Assembly: GCA_964463925.1 (NCBI GenBank)
Contig: CAYXDV010000004.1
Span: 13,080 to 77,079, forward strand
Origin: an uncultured Gammaproteobacteria bacterium
GTDB lineage: Bacteria > Patescibacteriota > Microgenomatia > UBA12405
Length of the DNA stretch: 64,000 bases
Direction of reading: 5' to 3'
The translations under genes and the position numbers were made by a program. This document shows positions 18,554-28,145 of the stretch, piece by piece; position 1 is the stretch's first letter; the number at the start of each line of letters is the position of its first letter. Under the pieces are notes generated by a model that had not been told where the DNA came from, did not search any database, and saw only the letters and a program-made list of their open reading frames with translations.

Positions 18554-19312
18554 ATGCAGTTGTCGATTGTTGTCCCATGTTATAACGAAGAAAATAATCT
18601 AAAACGTGGAGTCTTAGAAGAAATTTCCAAGTATCTCTTAAAGCAGGATTTTAGGTGGGAAGTAATAGTTGTTAACGATGAATCAACTGACTCAAGTGAA
18701 ACAATTTTACAAAAAAAGATTAAAAATCTACCAAATTTTTCACTTATCACCATAAAACATGGAGGCAAACCAGCAGCCGTTTGGGCAGGTATACAGCGAG
18801 CAAAATATTCCAACATTCTTTTTGCAGATATGGATCAATCTACCCCTATTACTGAATTACCAAAATTACTGCCCTGGCTAAAAGATGATTATTCTTTTGT
18901 AATAGGTTCCCGAGGTCACAGTAGAGATGGTACAACTTTGGTCAGAAAAGCAATGGCTTTTGCTTTTCTAAATTTTCGAAAAACAATGCTACTTTCAAAC
19001 ATAAACGACACCCAATGTGGCTTTAAAATAATAAATACTAAACTCGCAAAACGAATATTCCCTAAACTTGGTGTTTTCAATCAAACTGCCCAAACAGGTT
19101 GGCGTGTTTCTGCATTTGATGTAGAGCTACTATTTTTAGCCCAGAAAATGGGTTATAAAATTAAAGAAGTTGAAGTTGTTTGGAAAAATGAAGATACAAG
19201 CAATACTAAGGGTTCTGATTTGGCAAGATTTAAAAAAGAATCCAAGCAGATGCTAACAGAAATCATTCGAGTCAAAAAAAATGATTTATTAGGAAAATAT
19301 GAAAATATCTAA
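18554..19312 (+). CDS. GT2 polyprenol-phosphate glycosyltransferase (DPM1/GtrB-like)
   Basis: LSIVVPCYNEENNL...VIVVNDESTDSS...DMDQST. Confidence 0.85.
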   Translation: MQLSIVVPCYNEENNLKRGVLEEISKYLLKQDFRWEVIVVNDESTDSSETILQKKIKNLPNFSLITIKHGGKPAAVWAGIQRAKYSNILFADMDQSTPITELPKLLPWLKDDYSFVIGSRGHSRDGTTLVRKAMAFAFLNFRKTMLLSNINDTQCGFKIINTKLAKRIFPKLGVFNQTAQTGWRVSAFDVELLFLAQKMGYKIKEVEVVWKNEDTSNTKGSDLARFKKESKQMLTEIIRVKKNDLLGKYENI

Positions 19313-20807
19313 AGAATTATTCATCTTTTCCTTTTTTGCAATTGTTTTTTTCTCAAGCCGATTAGCCAATTTAACATCTCTACCAGTTTTTGCTGACGAA
19401 GCCATTTATATTCGTTGGGCCCAAATTATGAAAGCAGTAGAGACACTGCGTTTCCTTCCTCTAACTGACGGAAAACAACCATTGTTTATGTGGTCAATTA
19501 TTCCTTTTCTAAAATTCATATCTGATCCACTGTTAGCAGGTCGATTCGTTTCTGTTTTTTCTGGATTTTTATCTTTTACCGCTCTCTGGTTTCTTTGCGG
19601 ACTCGTCAACTTATCTGAAAAAAAACCTGAAAACCCCATAGATTTATTACAAGTTACCTTTTCCAAAAATTTGATATTAAAGTCAATCTTGAGTTTGTTA
19701 TTTTTAGCAAACACTTATACATTTTTCTTTGATCGTCTGGCAACTGCTGACAATTTATTGCTTGCCTTTTTGTTGCTGAGCCTAGATTTAGTTTTGCTAC
19801 AAACGGTCTATCTAAGGCTTGATTTAAGTTTGTTAATTGGCGGTTTTTTGGGGCTTGCCTGGCTAACCAAATCACCAGCAATCATTTTTCTTTTTCTAAC
19901 CACCATCTATCAATTAGTCTTTGCCAAAAACAAAATCAAATCGTTTTCTCTCTCTTTGATCTCTGCTTGCTTGATGTTTACAATTTACAATTTGCTACGC
20001 CTTGGTCCACAGTATCACATGATTGCCTTACGCAACCTTGATTATGTTTGGCCGCTCTCTGAAGTTATCAAACACCCCCTAGATCCACTAAAGCCACACT
20101 TTTTTAGTTATCTTCATCTGCTTTTTCAGTATCTTGGCCCAATAATCATCTTAATTCCCATTGGTTTGCTTCTCAATAATTTTAAAAATAAAATCTTTTT
20201 TCTCTTATTTTTTTTATTGCCAACTCTGGCAGTTTTATCCACCACTAAAGTTTTTACTGCAAGATATCTACTATTTACCTTACCGTTTTTACTTATATTT
20301 CTTGCAAATACTATAGATAACATTTTCAAAAAGAACAGATCCATATCAATCGGACTACTGTTGATTGCAGTCTTGCCCTGCCTTCTCTCAACCACCAAAA
20401 TCCTACTAGACCCCTATAAATATAAGTTCCCCACAAGTGAATCAGGATACAACTTGGATTGGACTAGTGGCTGGGGGATTAAAGAAGTTGCTAAATATGC
20501 CAAACAGCAAGCCGAAAAGGGTAACAACGTAATTCTCGCTGCTGAGGGGAATTTTGGAAATCCAAAAGATGGGCTTCAAATGTATCTAAATAATCAAAAA
20601 AATGTTACGGTCATACCTCAAGAACCACTCTTATACCAAGTATCCCCAGATTTGGAAAAAGCAAAATTGGCAGGAGATTTAGTGCTAATTGTTCACAATA
20701 GCCAACGTTTTCATATAACTGACCCAATTCAGCTTAGTCATTTAAAATCCATCGCCTCATATCCAAAACCTGATGGAAGTCAACTATTATTATTCCAATT
20801 AAAATGA
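19299..20807 (+). CDS. PMT_2/ArnT-like GT-C glycosyltransferase (GT39/GT83-like)
   Basis: FADEAIYIRWAQ...DGKQPLFMW...AGRFVSVFSG matches the DEx(Y)...KPPL...R loop of ArnT/Pmt enzymes; polytopic. Confidence 0.6.
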   Translation: MKISKELFIFSFFAIVFFSSRLANLTSLPVFADEAIYIRWAQIMKAVETLRFLPLTDGKQPLFMWSIIPFLKFISDPLLAGRFVSVFSGFLSFTALWFLCGLVNLSEKKPENPIDLLQVTFSKNLILKSILSLLFLANTYTFFFDRLATADNLLLAFLLLSLDLVLLQTVYLRLDLSLLIGGFLGLAWLTKSPAIIFLFLTTIYQLVFAKNKIKSFSLSLISACLMFTIYNLLRLGPQYHMIALRNLDYVWPLSEVIKHPLDPLKPHFFSYLHLLFQYLGPIIILIPIGLLLNNFKNKIFFLLFFLLPTLAVLSTTKVFTARYLLFTLPFLLIFLANTIDNIFKKNRSISIGLLLIAVLPCLLSTTKILLDPYKYKFPTSESGYNLDWTSGWGIKEVAKYAKQQAEKGNNVILAAEGNFGNPKDGLQMYLNNQKNVTVIPQEPLLYQVSPDLEKAKLAGDLVLIVHNSQRFHITDPIQLSHLKSIASYPKPDGSQLLLFQLK

Positions 20808-22477
20808 AATATTTTTTATCCCTAATCCTACTAATCATTCCTGCTTTTCTAGTTCTTTTAAAACCTGGCTATTACACCATGCATGATGATATGCAATTAA
20901 TACGCCAATTAGAAATGGACAAGTGTTTTTCAGATGGACAACTTCCGTGCCGTTGGGCTCCAGATCTTGGTTATGCTTATGGTTATCCTCTTTTTAATTT
21001 TTATCCACCATTGCCATATTATTTAGGGCACATAATTAGGCAGTTTGACTTCAGCTATATTGATACTGTAAAGATTCTTGGAATTTTGCAAATAATATTA
21101 TCAGCAACAACAATGTTTTTTCTTGGAAAAACACTACTAGGTGATCAAGGGGGTTTTATTTCTGGTCTGGTGTACACCTACGCACCATATCGCTTTAACA
21201 ATATCTATATTCGTGGTGCTTTTAATGAAGCCTGGGCTTCGGTATTTTTCCCGTTAGTCATCCTCTTTATTTATCGACAAATTCAAAAACCTAGCTTTTC
21301 CAACACAATACTGCTAAGTATGTCAATGGCAGGGGTTCTTCTATCACACAATCCGATGGCTTTGCTATTTTTTCCACTTGCAGGGTTTGTAGGAATCTTC
21401 TGGCTGGTTAAAAAGTTTTCATTCAAAACCATTTTGTATCTCATTTTTTCAGGAGTTCTTGCCCTTGGCTTGACCTCGTTTTTTACTCTGCCAGTTATTT
21501 TTGAAAGTAAACTAGTACAGATAGAAACAATGTTTAGTAATTATTATTCATTTGACGCACACTTTACCTCTATAAAACAGCTATTCTTTAGCAATTTTTG
21601 GGGAGATGGTCCATCACATTTTGGTCCACAGGACGGAATGTCTTTTTCCATCGGCTATATCCATTGGATGTTGCCACTTATTGGCTCTGTAAGTAGTTTA
21701 CTTTTAGTAATTAAGAAAAGAAAGTTCGACCATCTATCACAAACCATACTTATATCGTGTTTCATTGGTTTTATATGTCTTTTTTTATCACACGAGCGTT
21801 CGGCTTTCTTTTGGTCCCATATAAAGATTATTCAAAAAATACAGTTTCCTTGGCGCTGGTTAAACTTAGCAACTTTTTTTCTTTCCATTTCAACATCTAG
21901 CTCTCTCATAAGGCTTTCTAAAACTAAATTTTTTAAACCAAGTGTATTTTTTATATTAACAAGCGTCATTCTAGTTAATTATTATTATGCTTCACCTTTG
22001 CGTTGGGGGCCGCTAACTGACGAACAAAAATTCTCTGGACAATCATGGACAAATCAAATCACCTCGGGAATCTATGACTATTTACCAAAAACAGCCAGAA
22101 TTGCCGCTCAAAAACCCAGTGGGGGAGGTATCGATCAAACTATCCCTCCAGAAACTCTAAAAAACTTCACTCATCGTCAGGGTACTGATTGGGATCTTAT
22201 CAATCTGAATCTATCCTCAGCATCTACTGTTTATCTCAGTCGTCTAGATTTCCCAACTACCAATGTCTACGACAATGGTAAGCCTATTTCTCATACAGCC
22301 GAGCCAGAGCTGGGACGTATATCTGTTGACTTAACATCTGGTTACCACCAGCTTTATATTAAGTTAACAAATACGCCAATTAGAGAGTACGGAAATTTGC
22401 TATCTTTGTTTAGCGTATTACTTATTCTCTTGGGTGTTTTATGGAAACCTTATCTTCGTCAGATTCGAGCCAAATAA
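20804..22477 (+). CDS. Large polytopic membrane protein, putative GT-C/YfhO-like glycosyltransferase; paralog of 32544-34193
   Basis: 557 aa; shared N-terminal motif ...MHDD...R.L.......DGQ.PCR......G...GYPLFNFYPP. Confidence 0.5.
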   Translation: MKYFLSLILLIIPAFLVLLKPGYYTMHDDMQLIRQLEMDKCFSDGQLPCRWAPDLGYAYGYPLFNFYPPLPYYLGHIIRQFDFSYIDTVKILGILQIILSATTMFFLGKTLLGDQGGFISGLVYTYAPYRFNNIYIRGAFNEAWASVFFPLVILFIYRQIQKPSFSNTILLSMSMAGVLLSHNPMALLFFPLAGFVGIFWLVKKFSFKTILYLIFSGVLALGLTSFFTLPVIFESKLVQIETMFSNYYSFDAHFTSIKQLFFSNFWGDGPSHFGPQDGMSFSIGYIHWMLPLIGSVSSLLLVIKKRKFDHLSQTILISCFIGFICLFLSHERSAFFWSHIKIIQKIQFPWRWLNLATFFLSISTSSSLIRLSKTKFFKPSVFFILTSVILVNYYYASPLRWGPLTDEQKFSGQSWTNQITSGIYDYLPKTARIAAQKPSGGGIDQTIPPETLKNFTHRQGTDWDLINLNLSSASTVYLSRLDFPTTNVYDNGKPISHTAEPELGRISVDLTSGYHQLYIKLTNTPIREYGNLLSLFSVLLILLGVLWKPYLRQIRAK

Positions 22478-23874
22478 AATCGAAAACAATTCAAGGTGCA
22501 CTGTATTTAACCATAAGAAATTTGGGGCTTCAGGCGATATCCGCCATAGGTTTTTTTATACTAAGTATTTATTTATCTGTATCAGAAATTGGAATTTTTG
22601 GAGTTGTGGTAGAAATTGTTGGAATTTTGGGATATTTTTCTGACATCGGTTTAGCAGCTTCATTAATTCAAAAAAAAGAAGAAGTGACCACTTCAGCTCT
22701 CCAAACCGTGTTCTTAATTCAACAAATATTAACACTAGTGGGCATTTTAGTGGCTACAATAATATTTATACCCTTAGCTTCTCAGCGTGGCTATGGAACA
22801 ACAGAAATTACAATCTTTACCACCCTGTGTTTCGCATTTTTTATTTCTTCATTAAAAACTATACCTTCGGTTCTATTAGAAAGAAAATTGTCATTTGAAA
22901 AGCTAGCAAGTGTAGATATTATAGAAAATCTAACCTTTTATTTAGTAGCAATCCTTGGGGCAGCTGTTGGTTTGGGTGCCAAATCATACGCTCTGGCCAC
23001 GGTCATAAGGTCGCTTTTTGGTCTCTTATTGATATATCGCCAAATGCCTTGGAGAATCGGTTTTGCCTTAGATACAAAATCAATAAGAGAACTACTAAAA
23101 TTCGGAATTCCGTTTCAGCTGAACAGTTTTGTAGCTCTTGCCAAGGACCGGCTATCAAATCTAGCACTTTCGGGAATCTTAAGCAGGCAGCCGTTTGGCT
23201 ATCTAACATGGGCAAACAAAATATCTCGTCTTTCAATTAGCCTAATGGATGCATTTATGAGAGTTCTCTTTCCTGCGCTTTCCAGACTACAGCACGAACC
23301 TGAAACTATAAAAAAACTTTTGTCAAAATCTTCATTTTTAATTGCTTCAGCTTCTTTTGGATTACTTGGTTTTGCCAACTTTTTCATACCAGTTTTAGTC
23401 AACCTATTTCCTAATTATCAAAAGTGGCAACCGGCGCTTGTATTGCTCCCATATCTATCAATCAATGCAGGTATTGCAGCTTTAACTACTCCTTTAAACA
23501 ACGCATTTAGCGCAGTTGGCAAAATAAAAACTAATAGTAAATATATGTTTATGTGGTTAATCTTAACTTGGCTTACTTACCCAACCTTAACCACCCGTTT
23601 GGGCCTGCAAGGTAGTATCTTAGCCATTATGATTGTAGGATTTAGTTCCTTCTTTGTTTGGTTTGAGGCCAACTCTTATTTTAAGATCAATACTTTCTCT
23701 GACATAGCTGCACCACTTTTCTCTTGTTTTTTGGGAATTATCTTTGCACTTCTTTTGCCGATAAGTTTAATCAAAGGACCAGTATTTCTAGTTGTGTATA
23801 CCCTTTCACTATTCTTATTAAAAACAGCTGAGTTTCAAAATATTTATCAAAGCTTTCAAAAACACCGTGCTTAA
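22441..23874 (+). CDS. Wzx-type (MOP superfamily) oligosaccharide/polysaccharide flippase
   Basis: 477 aa; about 12-14 TM helices; N-terminus KTIQGALYLTIRNLGLQAISAIGFFILSIYLSVSEIGIFGVV is typical of polysaccharide biosynthesis protein (Wzx/RfbX). Confidence 0.75.
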   Translation: METLSSSDSSQIKSKTIQGALYLTIRNLGLQAISAIGFFILSIYLSVSEIGIFGVVVEIVGILGYFSDIGLAASLIQKKEEVTTSALQTVFLIQQILTLVGILVATIIFIPLASQRGYGTTEITIFTTLCFAFFISSLKTIPSVLLERKLSFEKLASVDIIENLTFYLVAILGAAVGLGAKSYALATVIRSLFGLLLIYRQMPWRIGFALDTKSIRELLKFGIPFQLNSFVALAKDRLSNLALSGILSRQPFGYLTWANKISRLSISLMDAFMRVLFPALSRLQHEPETIKKLLSKSSFLIASASFGLLGFANFFIPVLVNLFPNYQKWQPALVLLPYLSINAGIAALTTPLNNAFSAVGKIKTNSKYMFMWLILTWLTYPTLTTRLGLQGSILAIMIVGFSSFFVWFEANSYFKINTFSDIAAPLFSCFLGIIFALLLPISLIKGPVFLVVYTLSLFLLKTAEFQNIYQSFQKHRA

Positions 23875-25507
23875 AATAAAATATTTTGCCATAATCTTCA
23901 TTTTTTCATTAATAATTTGTTTAACTACTTTCCAAAGTGGCCTTGTCAAATCCTATGGAATGGGCTTCTGGGGTCCAAATGGCCACGATGCCATTTGGCA
24001 TTTGGCTTTAATTTCCCAAATAAACTTTTTAAAACCAATTATCAATCCAATATATGCACCAGAATATCTCCAGCATTACCATTTGGGATTTGATATTTTT
24101 GTTGCCTATGTATCTAAGTTATTACCACTCTTTTCGGTGTCAGATTTATATTTTCGTTTCTTACCACTAGTTTTCTCAATTTGTTTAGGAATTTTGTCAA
24201 TCAAATTATACGCAAGCTTAAATCAAAGCAAAAAAGGTACAATACCATTGTTATTTTTTATTTATTTTGCCGGATCTTTTGGTTGGATTATCAACTTAAT
24301 ACGTTTTAAATCTCTCGGAGGTGAATCGCTTTTTTGGTCAATGCAAGCAGCTTCCGCACTTCTTAATCCTCCATACATTCTGTCTTTATTATTATTACTT
24401 TTTGGTCTAATCTCGTTTGATAACAAAAAAAACCCATTGTTGGTTGGTATCATCTTTTCTCTTTCTACTGCAGTCAAAGTTTATGCAGGAATTTTAATCG
24501 GCTTTTCCCTTTTAACCTTAACAATTCTTAGACCTAATCGCTACAAATTAATCATCACATTAGTCCATGGCCTACTTTCATTTTTTGTATTGTATTTATA
24601 TGGTGCTTTGCGTGGACCGTCACTTTTACACTTCCAACCATTTTGGTTTACACACAGCCTCATTAGCGCCTATGACAAATTGTACCTACCTTCTCTGGCC
24701 ACGCTTCAAGCAAATCTTAGTCAGAATATCTTTAGCTACAAACTTCCAATCTTGGTAGCTATAGAGCTATTTCTTGTATTTGTTTTTTGGTTTGGCAATA
24801 TGGGTACTCGGATATTGGGATTAAAAGAAATATTTCAAACAAAAAATACAGATTTAGTCATCTTGCTTAGAACCACTGTTTTGCTAGGTTTCTTAACACC
24901 GGTTTTTTTTATTCAAAAGGGAACTGCTTGGAATACTATTCAATTCTTATATTATAGTCTGTTTTTTCTTTCGTTCTTCGCAACCTTTGCCGTCAAAGAC
25001 TTTTCAACTCCAGTGTTAATCGTCGTCTTGGTCTTTACCTGTATTGGTTCCATCTCAACCATAAAAGATTATCTTGGATTCCCACCCCCAACAGCTATTT
25101 ATCCAGCAGAGCTTGAAGCCTTGGGTTTTCTTAAACAACAGCCAAAAGGATTAGTATTGACCTATCCTTATGATCAGTTCGAAAAAGACAAATATGCAAA
25201 AACACCACTCCCAATATATGCCTACGAATCAACTGCCTACGTCAGTGCAATAAGCCATCAATCAACCTTTCTTAGCGACGAGGTGAATCTTACCATCATG
25301 GACATCCCGTATCAGAGTCGTTTAAAGGATATAAGAGACTTTTTTTCCAATCCGGAAAAGTACAAAAACCGCGGCTTTCTTCTAAACAACCAAATTACTT
25401 ATATTTATCTAACCCACCAGCAAAAGTTGCCTCTTTCTACCGAAATTTTACAAATTGATAAAATTTTTAACAACTCCCAAGTCGAGATTTATAAAGTTCG
25501 CAGGTGA
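23867..25507 (+). CDS. Large polytopic membrane protein, putative GT-C glycosyltransferase
   Basis: 546 aa, more than 10 TM helices; GFWGPNGHDAIWHL motif; family uncertain. Confidence 0.4.
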   Translation: MLKIKYFAIIFIFSLIICLTTFQSGLVKSYGMGFWGPNGHDAIWHLALISQINFLKPIINPIYAPEYLQHYHLGFDIFVAYVSKLLPLFSVSDLYFRFLPLVFSICLGILSIKLYASLNQSKKGTIPLLFFIYFAGSFGWIINLIRFKSLGGESLFWSMQAASALLNPPYILSLLLLLFGLISFDNKKNPLLVGIIFSLSTAVKVYAGILIGFSLLTLTILRPNRYKLIITLVHGLLSFFVLYLYGALRGPSLLHFQPFWFTHSLISAYDKLYLPSLATLQANLSQNIFSYKLPILVAIELFLVFVFWFGNMGTRILGLKEIFQTKNTDLVILLRTTVLLGFLTPVFFIQKGTAWNTIQFLYYSLFFLSFFATFAVKDFSTPVLIVVLVFTCIGSISTIKDYLGFPPPTAIYPAELEALGFLKQQPKGLVLTYPYDQFEKDKYAKTPLPIYAYESTAYVSAISHQSTFLSDEVNLTIMDIPYQSRLKDIRDFFSNPEKYKNRGFLLNNQITYIYLTHQQKLPLSTEILQIDKIFNNSQVEIYKVRR

Positions 25508-25523
25508 TAAACTATATTAGACC

Positions 25524-26456
25524 ATGAGTTCAATTTCAGCAGTCATCAATGTCACACAATCAGAGATATCAGATTTAAAACACGCACTACGATCAATTAG
25601 GAGTCTGGTAGATGAAATAATTCTCGTCGACATGGCCAGTGGTGTCAATCTGGCTCCACTGGCTCATCGCTATCAGGCAAAAATCTATCCACATGAGTTA
25701 ATACCTGTGGTTGAACCAGCAAGAAATTTTGGCATTAGTAAAGCCACTTGCGATTGGATACTACTTTTGGACCCAGACGAGCGCCTCACACCTGAGCTTA
25801 AATTAGAACTAAAACGAATTTCCAGTCGGGACGATATCGATTATGTCCGCATACCTAGAAAAAATATTATTTTTAAAAAATGGCTACATTATAGCGGTTC
25901 TTGGCCAGACTATTTAATTCGGTTTTTTCGCAAGGGAACCGTTACCTGGAGTTCAAAAATACATAGTCAACCAAATTTACGTGGCAACGGACTAAGCTTA
26001 CAAGAAGAACCAAATTTTGCAATAAAACATTATAACTATAAGTCAGTCAGCGCTTATTTATCTAAAGCACTTCGATATAGTCATAAAAAAGCCAGAGAAC
26101 TCCTACAAAATCCAAATTATCACTTTAAGCTTGCTGATCTATTGTTAAAGCCAACCCAAGAGTTCAATAGTCGTTATTTTAGTCAAAAAGGATACAAAGA
26201 TGGTTTGCCTGGACTTGTCTTTTGTCTTCTCCAGGCTGCCCAAGAAATTTTAATTTATTCTTTAGTTTGGGATCAATCAAAAGACAGAAGAGTTTTGGTT
26301 AACAGAAAATCACTCATATCAGCCTTTGGTCAGGCAATCTATGAATTTGGCCACTGGTACACGAGTTTTCTTTTCCAGGAATATACCAAGAACCCGTTAA
26401 AATTCTTAATTTTCAGACTACGTCAGTTGTTAAATCGAATTACAAAAAATTTGTGA
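25524..26456 (+). CDS. GT2 glycosyltransferase (WaaE/KdtX-like subfamily); paralog of 27372-28145 and 38729-39520
   Basis: DEIILVD...WILLLDPDERLTPEL pattern shared with the two paralogs. Confidence 0.65.
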   Translation: MSSISAVINVTQSEISDLKHALRSIRSLVDEIILVDMASGVNLAPLAHRYQAKIYPHELIPVVEPARNFGISKATCDWILLLDPDERLTPELKLELKRISSRDDIDYVRIPRKNIIFKKWLHYSGSWPDYLIRFFRKGTVTWSSKIHSQPNLRGNGLSLQEEPNFAIKHYNYKSVSAYLSKALRYSHKKARELLQNPNYHFKLADLLLKPTQEFNSRYFSQKGYKDGLPGLVFCLLQAAQEILIYSLVWDQSKDRRVLVNRKSLISAFGQAIYEFGHWYTSFLFQEYTKNPLKFLIFRLRQLLNRITKNL

Positions 26457-27385
26457 TTAATTTGAGCACGGTTATAGTTAACTGGAATCAGGCTAGATTA
26501 ACGATTGATACTCTAAATTCTATTTTGGATTCAAAATTTCGATTTGAAATAAATCATTCAATTTTCGTAGTCGACAACGGTTCAAGTACTAAAGAGGTAG
26601 ATGTGCTTCAAACCTACATCCAGCAGCATTCAAATCTGCACTTAATTAAACTGAATACCAATACGGGATTTTGTCATGGATACAATCAAGGTATTCAAAA
26701 AGCCCTTCAGAATAATCCAGACTACATTACAATTGCAAATAACGATATTCGCCTTAAAACTGACACCATCGAAAAACTCATATCATTTTTACAAAAAAAG
26801 ACTATCTATTCGGCAGTTTCTCCATTAATTTATTTTGAAAAAGGCTACGAGTATCAAAAGAATAGATACAACAAAAAACAACTTGGCCATGTCATCTGGG
26901 CTGCTGGGGGGAATATTGACTGGAAAAACATTTATGGTAGCAATAATCTGATTGACAAAGTAGATACAGACAACTTACCAAAAATTATCCAAAAAATAGA
27001 TTTACTCTCAGGTTGTTTTGCAATTTTCAGGGGTAATGCTATTGAGCAAATTGGTGGCTTTGATGAAAAATATTATTTGTACTACGAAGATGCAGATTTG
27101 TTTACCAGATTACGTCAAAAGAAACTAAAGTTTGCCTGCTATACACCTGCAAAACTTTGGCATTTAAATTCAGCTAGTTCTAGCGCTGGTTCTGCTCTAC
27201 ATGATTATTTTTTAACCAGGAATAGACTGATTTTTGGCTTTCAATATGCTTCAATCAGGACTAGGGCAGCTCTATTAAAACAAGCCCTTATTCAATATTT
27301 TAAGCCAAGAAATAATTGGGAGAAGCAAGCAATACATGATTTTTTTACAAAAAAGTTTGGAAAAGGGAGCTGGAATGTCACTTAG
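26453..27385 (+). CDS. GT2 glycosyltransferase
   Basis: STVIVNWNQARLTIDTL...VVDNGSSTKE...D(x)D region YYEDADLF. Confidence 0.8.
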   Translation: MINLSTVIVNWNQARLTIDTLNSILDSKFRFEINHSIFVVDNGSSTKEVDVLQTYIQQHSNLHLIKLNTNTGFCHGYNQGIQKALQNNPDYITIANNDIRLKTDTIEKLISFLQKKTIYSAVSPLIYFEKGYEYQKNRYNKKQLGHVIWAAGGNIDWKNIYGSNNLIDKVDTDNLPKIIQKIDLLSGCFAIFRGNAIEQIGGFDEKYYLYYEDADLFTRLRQKKLKFACYTPAKLWHLNSASSSAGSALHDYFLTRNRLIFGFQYASIRTRAALLKQALIQYFKPRNNWEKQAIHDFFTKKFGKGSWNVT

Positions 27386-28145
27386 TGTAATTTTGCTCAC
27401 AGGAAATGAAGAACAGATTATTTCAAATGCTGTTAATTCTGTTTCCAAATGGTGCGACGAATTAATCTTAGTTTGTGCCAATTCAAAGGACAAATCTGAA
27501 GACATTGTAAGGACTGCTTACCCTAAAGTAAGAGTGGTAAAAATTGACGATGACTATGGGAAAAATTTTTCAAAATGGCGTAATGCTGGTTTAAAACTAG
27601 CAAAGTGTTCATGGGTTTTATATTTAGATGCAGATGAAGTTGTCAGCCAAGAACTAAAAGAAGAGATTAGTAAAATTATAAAAGTTGACGGCAATTCTCA
27701 CTATGCAATTCCAAGAGCTAACCATTTCTTAGGAAAAAGGGTGTTTTACGGAGACTCATTTCCTGACTATCAAAAAAGATTATTTCAAAAAAATAAAATC
27801 ACAAAGTGGCAAGGAAATTTGCATGAATCGCCGGTAGTAATTGGTAAGTTAGGTTATTTGTCAAATCCAATAAATCATTTTACCCACCGCAACCTGTCAG
27901 ACATGTTTAAGAAAACAAATATTTGGACCGATCTTCAGGCAGAAAATTTATATCAATCCAAACACCCGCTAATTCGAAGTTGGCGACTTTTTAGGATGTT
28001 TTTTACCAAATTCTTTCAAAGATATCTGCAGCAATCCATGTACAAAGACGGAACAGTTGGTTTAATTTCAAGCATTTTTGAAAGTTACGATACAATAATT
28101 ATTTATTCCAAGTTGTGGGAAAAACAAAATGCGAATAATAATTAG
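27372..28145 (+). CDS. GT2 glycosyltransferase (WaaE/KdtX-like subfamily)
   Basis: MSLSVILLTGNEEQII...DELILVCANSKDKSEDIV...WVLYLDADEVVSQEL; start placed at the internal ATG to limit overlap. Confidence 0.7.
   Translation, partial: GMSLSVILLTGNEEQIISNAVNSVSKWCDELILVCANSKDKSEDIVRTAYPKVRVVKIDDDYGKNFSKWRNAGLKLAKCSWVLYLDADEVVSQELKEEISKIIKVDGNSHYAIPRANHFLGKRVFYGDSFPDYQKRLFQKNKITKWQGNLHESPVVIGKLGYLSNPINHFTHRNLSDMFKKTNIWTDLQAENLYQSKHPLIRSWRLFRMFFTKFFQRYLQQSMYKDGTVGLISSIFESYDTIIIYSKLWEKQNANNN

Noticed and set aside
22434-22643. 69-aa ORF overlapping the start of the Wzx flippase gene in another frame
   Set aside because: It lies fully inside the overlap of two better-supported genes. It is Phe/Asn/Cys-rich and has no signal.
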